In this document: positions 36,617-45,594 of the stretch, piece after piece
Layout: every line of letters starts with the position of its first letter
Numbering within the stretch: the stretch's first letter is position 1
From: a virus
DNA length: 64,000 bases
IMG/VR virus record: IMGVR_UViG_3300032213_003338
Span: 58,609-122,608 of that record
Direction: 5' to 3' (one strand)
Position numbers and translations under genes: made by a program
Notes under the pieces: model-generated
Told to the model about the DNA's origin: nothing
The model's database searches: none
Seen by the model: the letters and a program-made list of their open reading frames with translations, nothing else

Positions 36617-38273
36617 AAAAAGAATTCTGCTAGTTAGTGAATTTAGCCTGCTAAACACAGGCTTTTCTGTTATGGCATATGACGTTCTTTCGAGACTTCA
36701 CAAGAGCGGAAAGTACGAGGTTGCGGAGCTAGCATCTTATGTTTCAGATGACGATCCAAGAATAAATCAACTGCCATGGAGGGTATATCCAGTAATACCG
36801 TCGCAGTCAAAAAAAGATGAGATGGAAAGATTTCAACGCGAGTATCAAACGGCCCAATTTGGATCAATAAGATTTGAAAGCGCTGTTAATCATTTCAAGC
36901 CCGATATTGTTTTTTCATACAGAGATTACTGGCACGATGAGTTCATAACAAAATCGCCTTCAAGACCGTATTACACCTATATATGGTCAGCCTGCATAGA
37001 TTCTGAACCACCAAGAGATGAGTGGATGGCAACATTCTCAACTGTTGATTTGTTAACATCATATACACAGTGGGGGCTTAACGTTCTTAGGAAGTATGGT
37101 GGTGGAAAATTGAACGTTTCTGATATAGACACTATGCCTGGTGTTGACATAGATGTTTTTAAGCCTATGGACAAGGCAGCAGTCCGAGAAGAGTATGGAT
37201 TGCCAAAAGATGCGAACATCATAATGACCGTAATGAGAAATCAGCCAAGAAAACTCTTTCCAAATATAATGAGCGCTTTCGCAAACGCTCTTGATAATTT
37301 GTACAAACTTGGTATGAGCGATATTGCGGATAAAACGTATTTATATTTACATACCGGAAATCCAGATTGCGGTTTTGATATACCAAAAGAAATTATCAGA
37401 TACGGCGTCGGTAATAGAGTTATAGTTACTTACTACTGTCAAACATGTAAACAATCGACACCTGGTTTTTATTGTGGTGATAGGAAATATTGCCCTAAGT
37501 GCAGAGCAAAAGCCTGCGCAATGGCAAATACTTCAAACGGATCCACTAGAGAAGAGCTTGCAAAAATATATAACTTGGCAGATTTGTATGTTCAATACAG
37601 TGTTGCTGGCGCTCTTGAAATTCCAATAATTGAAGCAAAGGCTTGCGGGGTTCCTGTTGTTTCTGTTGATTACGCAGCTCCGTATGAATTGGCTAGACTT
37701 GGTGGTGGATACGGACAAGTCAGAATGGCTGGTTGGAAGCAAGAGTCTGTAAGAGAAACAAGCCAGATACGTGGCGTTCCTGATGATAAGCATCTAGAGG
37801 AGATATTTACAAGCTTCTTACAAGAAAGCGATGAAAAGCGACAGCTGTTGTGCTCTCTCGCAAGAGATACGGCCGAGCATTATCATTCAAGTGATGGTTT
37901 TGCTAAAAAATGGGATGATATATTTTCATTAGTGCCTGTAAAAAACCCATTCAGATGGTTTGCGCCGCCAGCCACATCTAATTATATTAACTTAAAGAGT
38001 GATGTATCTTACGATGCTTTTAGTGCTTGCTCAATAGCGTCTTCGGCATTTACTAAGGGTTGCATGCAGGGAACCCCGTTTCAAATGGCTGCAATATCTG
38101 ATGTTATGAATAATAACTCGGCATTTACAGGAAATGATATAAATCTTGAAAAGTTAAATAACATTGCCAATAAAGAAGTTTTTGAAAGAAATAATTTTGA
38201 GCAAAACCGCTATTTTAGCAATGTTAATAAAAACAGCACTATCCAAAATAAAGGTAACGCAAAACTAATATGA
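36606..38273 (+). CDS. Glycosyltransferase GT-B (GT4-like) with Zn-ribbon insertion
   Basis: TGFS, MRNQPRK, CQTC...CPKC, YNLADLYV...IIEAKACGVPVV. Confidence 0.85.
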   Translation: MSDKKRILLVSEFSLLNTGFSVMAYDVLSRLHKSGKYEVAELASYVSDDDPRINQLPWRVYPVIPSQSKKDEMERFQREYQTAQFGSIRFESAVNHFKPDIVFSYRDYWHDEFITKSPSRPYYTYIWSACIDSEPPRDEWMATFSTVDLLTSYTQWGLNVLRKYGGGKLNVSDIDTMPGVDIDVFKPMDKAAVREEYGLPKDANIIMTVMRNQPRKLFPNIMSAFANALDNLYKLGMSDIADKTYLYLHTGNPDCGFDIPKEIIRYGVGNRVIVTYYCQTCKQSTPGFYCGDRKYCPKCRAKACAMANTSNGSTREELAKIYNLADLYVQYSVAGALEIPIIEAKACGVPVVSVDYAAPYELARLGGGYGQVRMAGWKQESVRETSQIRGVPDDKHLEEIFTSFLQESDEKRQLLCSLARDTAEHYHSSDGFAKKWDDIFSLVPVKNPFRWFAPPATSNYINLKSDVSYDAFSACSIASSAFTKGCMQGTPFQMAAISDVMNNNSAFTGNDINLEKLNNIANKEVFERNNFEQNRYFSNVNKNSTIQNKGNAKLI

Positions 38274-39379
38274 AGGTAGCATACATATCTGTTTATAGAG
38301 ATGGGACTGGTTACGGAAATTCATCTAGGGATTTTATTAAATGTCTTCAGGGTCAAGGGGTTGACGTTACTCCGATTTGGTTCAGCTTAAATCAAAGACC
38401 ATATTTTATTGACAGTCAAATAAAAGAGGGTGGATCATTGGATGACGTTGATGTTGTAATACAACAAACAATTCCAAATACTTTCGTTAGAGCTGAAGGC
38501 GTAAAAAATATCGGTCTTTTTTACTGGGAAACTTCGTCATTTTCAGACTCTGGATGGCAGTACTCTTGTAATTTGATGGACGAGATATGGATGACTACCA
38601 CAGAGCAAATTGAGGCTGCTGTAAACTCTGGAGTAAAGGCTCCTATTGGTATGGTCACTCGGCCTGCCGATTTTTCAAAATACATTGAGTGGAGCGGAGA
38701 AACTTTAGATCTTCCAGAAGAAATAAAAGACACCTACAAGTTTTATACAATTTCTGACTATTCATATAGGAAAAATATTTCTGGAACCGTTGCTGCCTTT
38801 TTGTCTGAGTTTACATCTAGAGACAATGTTTCTTTGGTTTTGAAGACATATATAGATGGAAAGAATCCCACAGAGTCGCTTGAGGCAGTAAAATCTTCTA
38901 TAGACTCTATAAAGGCGGAAATCAAAAGACCAGAAAAACTGCACCCCAAAATATACCTCATTACTGATGTCTTATCAGAGAGAGGTGTTTCCGCAATTCA
39001 TAATACTTGTGATTGCTTTGTAAGCGCTTCTCGTGGAGAGGGTGAATGCATACCTGCTTTTGATGCTGCGGCTATGGGTAAACCGGTAATAGCGACTCAC
39101 TTTAATGGGATTAAAAGAATGTTTCCAGCAGACTATGAACCAACGGTAAAAGACATGATAAGCAAACCAGTTTTTGCTATGTCAAAAGGGGCTATAGTTC
39201 CTGGACTCTATTCTCATAGAGGAGAATGGATGGAGGGGTCGCTTTCTGAAATGATGTTTAAGATGAGAAAAGCTGCAAACGGCGATTACCAAAAAATTGC
39301 AAAAGAAAACATAAGGCACATGCACAACAATTTTTCATACGAAGTCGTTGGCCCAAAGCTAGTATCAATGCTGAGATAA
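38270..39379 (+). CDS. Glycosyltransferase GT-B (GT4-like)
   Basis: GTGYG, WET, RKN, DCFVSASRGEG...DAAAMGKPVI. Confidence 0.88.
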   Translation: MKVAYISVYRDGTGYGNSSRDFIKCLQGQGVDVTPIWFSLNQRPYFIDSQIKEGGSLDDVDVVIQQTIPNTFVRAEGVKNIGLFYWETSSFSDSGWQYSCNLMDEIWMTTTEQIEAAVNSGVKAPIGMVTRPADFSKYIEWSGETLDLPEEIKDTYKFYTISDYSYRKNISGTVAAFLSEFTSRDNVSLVLKTYIDGKNPTESLEAVKSSIDSIKAEIKRPEKLHPKIYLITDVLSERGVSAIHNTCDCFVSASRGEGECIPAFDAAAMGKPVIATHFNGIKRMFPADYEPTVKDMISKPVFAMSKGAIVPGLYSHRGEWMEGSLSEMMFKMRKAANGDYQKIAKENIRHMHNNFSYEVVGPKLVSMLR

Positions 39380-39381
39380 AA

Positions 39382-40404
39382 ATGAATCCAATAGTATCAA
39401 TACTTAACAGAGTAAATTTGCCAAAAAAAGAAAAGTATCGTATATTAACTTTTCCAACTCACGAGTCGTATCAAACAAATCTTGCTGAAACAGGACACGA
39501 GTTTTTGTTATTTAATCGTGGTGGTAATACAAAAATATGGGAAACAAAGTATAAGCCACTACCAAAAAATACGCACATATACAACTCAATAACAGACACT
39601 GAATACGATATTGATTTTGTGTTGTCGCAAGAGCGGTTTGGGCAAATACAATTTGCTCAAGAGGTTTCAAAAAGCCTTCGTGTTCCAATAGTGCACCTAG
39701 AACACATAGAGCCTCAATTAAATAATTGGCCGAAAGAACAGTTTGATCATATGAGGTCGTTCAAGGCTGATATAAATGTATTTATAACTGAACACAACCA
39801 AAAGTCTTGGGGTATCGAGGATTCTGCTGTCGTCAAACATGGCATAAGAACTGAAGACTTTGTTGGCTGGTCTGGTCCTTCAGAAGGAGATGTTAAATAC
39901 GTTCTTTACATAGTAAATGGTCTTGAATCAAGGGATCAGTTTTGTGGTTTTACTGAGTGGTTATCAGTAAAAGAAAAAGTTTCTAAAATTGACCCATCAA
40001 TAAAATTTGCTTTGATAGGTGAAAACCCCGGCATAAGTCAGCCTATATCAAATGAAAAATCTCTTATTTCATCAATAAACAAATGCTCTTGTTATATTAA
40101 TACATCTCGCCTTTCTCCAGTACCGATGTCTTTGATGGAAGCGATGTCGTGCGGAGCACCATGCGTTTCAACAGCAAAGCAAGAGATACCAAATATAATG
40201 CAGAACAGCGAAATTTGCACCAATGACATTGATCAAATTGCCAATCAGATTGTGAAAATCTGCAATAATAAAGAATATGCCAATAAGGTTGGTTCTCATT
40301 GCCGTAATAGAATTGTGAGTGACTACAATATAAATGACTTTGTAAATTCTTGGAACAAAATTTTTGATAAAGCTTATTCAATTAGAATTGGCGGTACAAT
40401 ATGA
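39382..40404 (+). CDS. Glycosyltransferase GT-B (GT4-like)
   Basis: HGI, YINTSRLSPVPMSLMEAMSCGAP. Confidence 0.85.
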   Translation: MNPIVSILNRVNLPKKEKYRILTFPTHESYQTNLAETGHEFLLFNRGGNTKIWETKYKPLPKNTHIYNSITDTEYDIDFVLSQERFGQIQFAQEVSKSLRVPIVHLEHIEPQLNNWPKEQFDHMRSFKADINVFITEHNQKSWGIEDSAVVKHGIRTEDFVGWSGPSEGDVKYVLYIVNGLESRDQFCGFTEWLSVKEKVSKIDPSIKFALIGENPGISQPISNEKSLISSINKCSCYINTSRLSPVPMSLMEAMSCGAPCVSTAKQEIPNIMQNSEICTNDIDQIANQIVKICNNKEYANKVGSHCRNRIVSDYNINDFVNSWNKIFDKAYSIRIGGTI

Positions 40405-40844
40405 AACTAAATATTAATCACAACGAAAATTATCTTGATGGATATGTTAATCTTGAAAAAAATAATTCCTTTAAAACAGACCATGTTGTTAGCGACTACG
40501 TGATAAATAGCGTAAGTGGGAATGATTCTATTGAAGAGATAATTTGCCATCCAGGCGCTCTTGAAAGGAGCCAAGCTGGATATGCGGAAGTTTTAAAATC
40601 TTGGTCTATCTTCTCTTCAAACGGGTGCACAATTAAAGCGAAGTGCATAGACATTGAGGCTCTTGCAAATGCGCTTTCTTCTGGCACAGTAGATTCAGAG
40701 CTATTTAATTCAATCCTCAGTGGTTATCTTGTATTTTTTGACAGACATTCGTTTACACAAACGCTTTCTTCTTTTGGTTTCAAACCAACAAAAACATGGT
40801 ATGGGCCACATCAATGGGTTCTTAACGTAGAGGCAAAGAAATAA
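40401..40844 (+). CDS. Degenerate SAM methyltransferase-like protein
   Basis: MKLNI...LDGYVNL...DSIEEI...LE pattern of type-11-like MTases; the Gly-rich loop is eroded. Confidence 0.45.
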   Translation: MKLNINHNENYLDGYVNLEKNNSFKTDHVVSDYVINSVSGNDSIEEIICHPGALERSQAGYAEVLKSWSIFSSNGCTIKAKCIDIEALANALSSGTVDSELFNSILSGYLVFFDRHSFTQTLSSFGFKPTKTWYGPHQWVLNVEAKK

Positions 40845-41371
40845 TGAAACCGGTAGTTTGCATATTTTTAATGGAGCATAGAAATGGCCCATTGTTTTTT
40901 GGTACACAAGCTGAATGTAAAAGTAATTTAGAAATAAACCCTGATTATCAGTATATATTTGTTGATATTGGTATATCTGGAGATGAGCTAGACTGCAAAA
41001 GATCAATTTACGGCAGCTTTCAGAATGTGAGATTTGTGAAAATAGTCGATTCTTTTTTTCAAGACACAAAAATGCTTTCTTCAATGGAGCGCCTTGAGTC
41101 TGGAATATTTTTAATCTGGAATGATTATTTAAAAAATCAAAAGATGCCGTACAAAAAGGCTGGATTTGATTATTGTATTTGGTCAAATGAAAGATACATA
41201 CATAAAATACCAGAGCTTATTTCTGCAACTTTGAAAAATAAAAATACAGTGCTATACAGATCTGAAGAGGACGGGTTTTCGCAATACGGAATTTTTAACA
41301 TCTATAGATACGAAGATATAAGCGAAGACGAGCTTTTTAATCGTGAAAAAGAAAGGTTGTCATTTGTATGA
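40844..41371 (+). CDS. Hypothetical protein, possibly GT-A-like
   Basis: YIFVD motif; lies in the glycosyltransferase operon. Confidence 0.45.
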   Translation: MKPVVCIFLMEHRNGPLFFGTQAECKSNLEINPDYQYIFVDIGISGDELDCKRSIYGSFQNVRFVKIVDSFFQDTKMLSSMERLESGIFLIWNDYLKNQKMPYKKAGFDYCIWSNERYIHKIPELISATLKNKNTVLYRSEEDGFSQYGIFNIYRYEDISEDELFNREKERLSFV

Positions 41372-42042
41372 AGTGCTCAATAATAATACCTAATTACAAT
41401 CAAGGTCATTTTTTATGGCGATCCGTTAATAGCGCTATTAAGCAAACGCTTGATCCGTCAGAGTACGAGATTATAATAGTTGATGATGGAAGTAAAGATA
41501 ACTCTCTGCTTATAGCGCAAGACATAATCGCCAAAAATAAATCTCATAATATAAAACTGATAAAGAAGAAGAACGGCGGAACAGCAAGCGCAAGAAATGC
41601 TGGTATAGTAAATTCGGTTGGAGAATATATAGGATTTTTAGACGCTGACGACGAATACGCTCCTGAAAAATCGGAAATAAGCATAAAATATCTGAACTTT
41701 GGTCCAGAGGTTGGGCTTGTGTACTCTGATTACTTTGAGGTGCACGGCTCAAAGCTTTTTTATTCGGCAAAAAGAGATTTTAATCCAGAAATCCTAAAGC
41801 GAAACTGCATAGTTTCGACAAACTCGTTTATTAAAAGATGTATTCTTTCAAATGTTGGATATTTTAATGAATCAATAAAAATAATTGAGGACTATGATTA
41901 TTGGATGCGTATATCTGCTGCAAATTATATGTGCTTAAGAATACCAATGCCATTGTTTACTTATTACGTTCACGGTCAAAACAAAACAGTAGTCTCTAGC
42001 AATGATGATATTTCTAGAGAGCACATGATGCTTAGGAGATAA
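41368..42042 (+). CDS. Glycosyltransferase family 2
   Basis: SIIIPNYN, IIVDDGSKD, SARNAG, FLDADD, EDYDYW. Confidence 0.93.
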   Translation: MKCSIIIPNYNQGHFLWRSVNSAIKQTLDPSEYEIIIVDDGSKDNSLLIAQDIIAKNKSHNIKLIKKKNGGTASARNAGIVNSVGEYIGFLDADDEYAPEKSEISIKYLNFGPEVGLVYSDYFEVHGSKLFYSAKRDFNPEILKRNCIVSTNSFIKRCILSNVGYFNESIKIIEDYDYWMRISAANYMCLRIPMPLFTYYVHGQNKTVVSSNDDISREHMMLRR

Positions 42043-42043
42043 A

Positions 42044-42577
42044 ATGACAGCAATAATGAATGAAAACTGCGTAGAAGACACGTTTTTTCTCGGATCTCTT
42101 TACAGAAGAGCGAATTTAAACTTTGTTGTTGACGGTTGCATGACGCAAAAATATTACGAGATAAATAAATTTGCTTCAGAGTTTCAGTCAAAGAAAGTAT
42201 CTTTTAATTTATTTACACTTGGTGATACAGCCACAATATCTGTTCCTTCTTTCCCTGTTTTTTCAGCAACGTATATTTCTGCAATATACGGCCCAACTCT
42301 TTGCTTTTCACTGCAGGCTCTTTCGGCGGTTACTTCAAGTATAAATCTTGCAAGACCAGTTATTGCTATGGTGATGGACATAGAGGACTGGTCTAGTAAT
42401 GACGCCAATTTTGATCGAGCTGATTTGCTTGTTTTTCCAAATGAATACATCAAAAATGTATTTGATTCAAGATACGGAGGTTCTTATGGAAAAGCAGCCA
42501 TCATACTCCCACAATCTGCAGAGGACTATATAAGGATAGCACAACATGCCGCGAAAGAGCAAAAAAGCACTAATTAA
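42044..42577 (+). CDS. Hypothetical protein (possible GT-B N-domain fragment)
   Basis: ADLLVFPNEYIK-like segment; operon context. Confidence 0.45.
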   Translation: MTAIMNENCVEDTFFLGSLYRRANLNFVVDGCMTQKYYEINKFASEFQSKKVSFNLFTLGDTATISVPSFPVFSATYISAIYGPTLCFSLQALSAVTSSINLARPVIAMVMDIEDWSSNDANFDRADLLVFPNEYIKNVFDSRYGGSYGKAAIILPQSAEDYIRIAQHAAKEQKSTN

Positions 42578-43367
42578 AAAACTGGTTGATCTTGGTAAGG
42601 CTGAGGTTCTGATTTCTGATTTGCCTATTCCTGATCTTGAGGACATGCTGGCCGAAGCTGAGCCAACAAAGGTTCCAGAAGAGCTAAAGACAGAAGCTGG
42701 TGTAATTGATGACACAGATCCAAAGTGGTCAGATTTTGTAATGTCTCAACTTACTGAAAGAGAATGCAAAGACGGAATGCCAACATGTGATGGCCTACGA
42801 AGAATTTTTAAGAAGCTCGTAGGTAAAATTACATCTGTTGATGTTGAGGTTCTAAAATCGCCCACTATATCGGATAGAACAGCAACCGTAAGATGCTCTA
42901 TTACGTTCCGCAGACACGGTGTTGTCGGTTTTAATTCAGAGTACGTAAGTGACGTCTTTGACGTAAATCCAGATAATACACCATTTCCTTACTGCAATGC
43001 CGCTGTTGCTACAGCCGCAACAAAGGCTGAAGCTCGCGCCCTGCGTAAGGCAATTGGCCTAGTAAAGGTTTATACTCTTGAGGAAGTAAATCAAAGCGCC
43101 TCAAAGGACGAGATGGACCCAATGATGATTGATGATAATAAGCCAATTTCGGATAGCGCAAAAATTGCAATTAATACAATGTGCAATAGAATTGGGATCG
43201 ATCAGAATAAACTTATAAAGTTCTGTGGTCTTTCAGCTGAAAGCATTCACGCTTTGACTTACAAGGAATCACACGAAGTAATCAATGTTCTAAACGGCTT
43301 TAGCAGAGGTCCTGAAAATGGCGGTCAGACCGTTCCGGATCAAATCAAGGGCGAGGTAATTTTCTAA
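42546..43367 (+). CDS. Rad52/Sak-like single-strand annealing protein
   Basis: ATVRCSITF...AVATAATKAEARALRKAIGL. Confidence 0.55.
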   Translation: MPRKSKKALIKKLVDLGKAEVLISDLPIPDLEDMLAEAEPTKVPEELKTEAGVIDDTDPKWSDFVMSQLTERECKDGMPTCDGLRRIFKKLVGKITSVDVEVLKSPTISDRTATVRCSITFRRHGVVGFNSEYVSDVFDVNPDNTPFPYCNAAVATAATKAEARALRKAIGLVKVYTLEEVNQSASKDEMDPMMIDDNKPISDSAKIAINTMCNRIGIDQNKLIKFCGLSAESIHALTYKESHEVINVLNGFSRGPENGGQTVPDQIKGEVIF

Positions 43368-43846
43368 TGCAATACAACTCATCTTATCGTATCTATAAAC
43401 CAAACACTAAAGATCACACAAAGGGGTGTGCGTCTTCGTGGGAGTGGAATCACAAGACATGCAACTTTTTTCTGACTGTTGCGAAGCAAGAAGCACAAAA
43501 AGACGGTGAAGGCAACAATCGTTTTTCATGGAAAGAGGATTCGGAAACAGTAAAGCTTGATATAGAAGAGGCTGCTGAAATTGCATGTGTGCTTTCAGGA
43601 AGAAAGGCATTTCTTGGAGCGACAGATGAGTCTGGAAAGGGCAAGGGCTTCTTTCATCAAAATAAAAGCGGCAATGTTATATTGAAGCTTTATAAGCTTG
43701 ACGACGGATTTGCTTTTGAGGTAAGCTCAAAAAAAGGAGACCAGCGTTTTTGGGCTGGTCACCGAATAACCGTGGCTGAGGCGTTTGTTATTGAAACAAT
43801 TTGCAAAAATATAATCTCAAGCACATTTGCTGGATGTGGAGACTAA
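43367..43846 (+). CDS. Whirly-like ssDNA-binding protein
   Basis: YRIYK, RFSW, KLDIEEAAEI, FFHQ, ILKL, ITVAEAFVI follow the Whirly motif order. Confidence 0.6.
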   Translation: MQYNSSYRIYKPNTKDHTKGCASSWEWNHKTCNFFLTVAKQEAQKDGEGNNRFSWKEDSETVKLDIEEAAEIACVLSGRKAFLGATDESGKGKGFFHQNKSGNVILKLYKLDDGFAFEVSSKKGDQRFWAGHRITVAEAFVIETICKNIISSTFAGCGD

Positions 43847-44142
43847 ATATTTTTTCCTTCACAATTTTTACCTAAAATAAATTCATGAGAAATAACCTGG
43901 ACTGGCCTGTCTGGGTTATTTCCATATTTTGATGCTACATCTGAGCATTCTTGTTTTGATGTTTTTGTTGTAAAATCACAAGTAACAAAACAAGAAACTT
44001 TTTCCTTACCGCCTTCTAGGATTTTTATAGTGCAAGATCCGCAATTTATGCCGCTACGATCTGCAGTTTTTGAAAGTGGCGATAGCTGTGGCTGAACACT
44101 GGTTATTGCAAAAAGCTTGCTAACTAATTTTTCAATACTCAC
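43843..44142 (-). CDS. Small leader-bearing Cys-rich protein (6 Cys)
   Basis: SIEKLVSKLFAITSVQ leader; CGSC...C...C...C...FILGKNC. Confidence 0.6.
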   Translation of the reverse strand: MSIEKLVSKLFAITSVQPQLSPLSKTADRSGINCGSCTIKILEGGKEKVSCFVTCDFTTKTSKQECSDVASKYGNNPDRPVQVISHEFILGKNCEGKNI

Positions 44143-44702
44143 GAGTATCTCTTAATTATTTCTAAAATCTTATCTTTTGATGTTTTATTATCTGAGATTC
44201 TATAACGTCGATAGCATTCTGTTATAGCCCTTACAGCTATCTCTTCTTGATTTTTAAGCATGTCAGTCAATGCTCTTCTTGATTTGTCATTCCATTGGTT
44301 TTGAAGCAAAGCGGAATTAAACGTGCCTATAAAGGATGTAATTAATTGCATAAATGCAGCGCATAAACAGGCGGTTCCATCTTCATAAGGAGACACATTT
44401 CCGTTTTGTGATGTTGAGCATCCAGAAATAAGAGGACACATATCCCCAAGAGCTTCTTTTGCCTTTCTTAGCCGATCTCTTATAACGGTGTCTGATATAT
44501 TTCCTAGAGAGGCTGTTATTCCAGCAAGTTTATCACAGGCAGAACACGAATCATTTTGCTCGGCAGAGCCACATGGCTTTACACCTGGAAGATAAGGTCT
44601 AATTACTGGTAGTGTAATTGGGCCATTTGGTGATGGTGTAACCTGTGTAGGTGCTGATTGCGATATTACGAACTTGAGTTTGTTTAACGAGGAGTATTTC
44701 AT
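44139..44702 (-). CDS. Leader-bearing Cys-rich protein (8 Cys)
   Basis: MKYSSLNKLKFVISQ leader, Pro-rich linker, basic amphipathic C-terminus KDKILEIIKRYS. Confidence 0.65.
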   Translation of the reverse strand: MKYSSLNKLKFVISQSAPTQVTPSPNGPITLPVIRPYLPGVKPCGSAEQNDSCSACDKLAGITASLGNISDTVIRDRLRKAKEALGDMCPLISGCSTSQNGNVSPYEDGTACLCAAFMQLITSFIGTFNSALLQNQWNDKSRRALTDMLKNQEEIAVRAITECYRRYRISDNKTSKDKILEIIKRYS

Positions 44703-44703
44703 T

Positions 44704-44913
44704 TTACGCTTTCATTGTGGTCGTAAAAAACGCTACGACTGTTGAGATTAAAAACGCAAGTGTGCTTGAGGTAAAATAAACTTTTGTTTGTAGAACGGCT
44801 AACTTTTCCTTTATTTCACTGATATCAGTTTCTATACGAGTAAGGCGATCATTAGAGCGTTGAAGCTCGTTTAAAACTAATTTTCGATACTCCATCCATC
44901 CACTGTCTTCCAT
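44704..44913 (-). CDS. Small coiled-coil plus C-terminal TM protein (XhlA/holin-like)
   Basis: RLTRIETDISEIKEKL followed by a hydrophobic tail; SD GAGG; GTGTATTA upstream. Confidence 0.55.
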   Translation of the reverse strand: MEDSGWMEYRKLVLNELQRSNDRLTRIETDISEIKEKLAVLQTKVYFTSSTLAFLISTVVAFFTTTMKA

Positions 44914-44922
44914 TTATTTACC

Positions 44923-45594
44923 TCACACGTAGTCTATAATACACGAAATGGTCATATTTGCTTGTTGAAAAGTTTTAGCTGGTGTAGTACTTATGCAAAT
45001 ATACCAGTCGTGTCTTACCGCAAATGCAGCGCTTCCTACAGGATTAGATCCGGTTGGTCCAGGGCTTGTTCTAAGGACTATAGATCCAGTTGAGCTTGCT
45101 GGCATAGATGACCAAGAAGACGCACCAGATCCAGGCAATGTCTCGTCAGTACTTGTGTGAACGCACTCGTACCACTTAAAATCATAAAAAGATGTCGAAG
45201 TGCCGGTTGAAGACGCATCATTTATGTACATTCTGCAGCTAGATATCCTCATGGGAGAAAGATCTGTAACTCTTAAATTTAAAGTTGCAGCTCTGTTTGG
45301 TATGTAGCGAACAAAAATATCTTTGTATGTACCAAGCTCTGGACTTACAACATCAGCTGTTGATGATGTTTTATAAAGCGTATTATTTATTTGGTCGTTA
45401 ACAGAGACTGAGTCTGCAGGGGAGATAAACGTAACGTTTTGATACTCTCCAACCTTTTGAAATCCTATTGAGTTTATACTATTAATAACTCCAAGACCAA
45501 GGGCTGTCTTAAATGACGAACCGTATTTGCTTGGCGTTCCTACAAGCTGGTTTTTTGCGCTTCCAAATTGGCCATAAAGCCCAAATGTTGGCAT
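44923..45594 (-). CDS. Virion protein, paralog of 45594-46238
   Basis: TAATG-coupled start MPTFGLYG; shared ECVH...GSG.SSW...SPG..G...HDWYICIS. Confidence 0.7.
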   Translation of the reverse strand: MPTFGLYGQFGSAKNQLVGTPSKYGSSFKTALGLGVINSINSIGFQKVGEYQNVTFISPADSVSVNDQINNTLYKTSSTADVVSPELGTYKDIFVRYIPNRAATLNLRVTDLSPMRISSCRMYINDASSTGTSTSFYDFKWYECVHTSTDETLPGSGASSWSSMPASSTGSIVLRTSPGPTGSNPVGSAAFAVRHDWYICISTTPAKTFQQANMTISCIIDYV

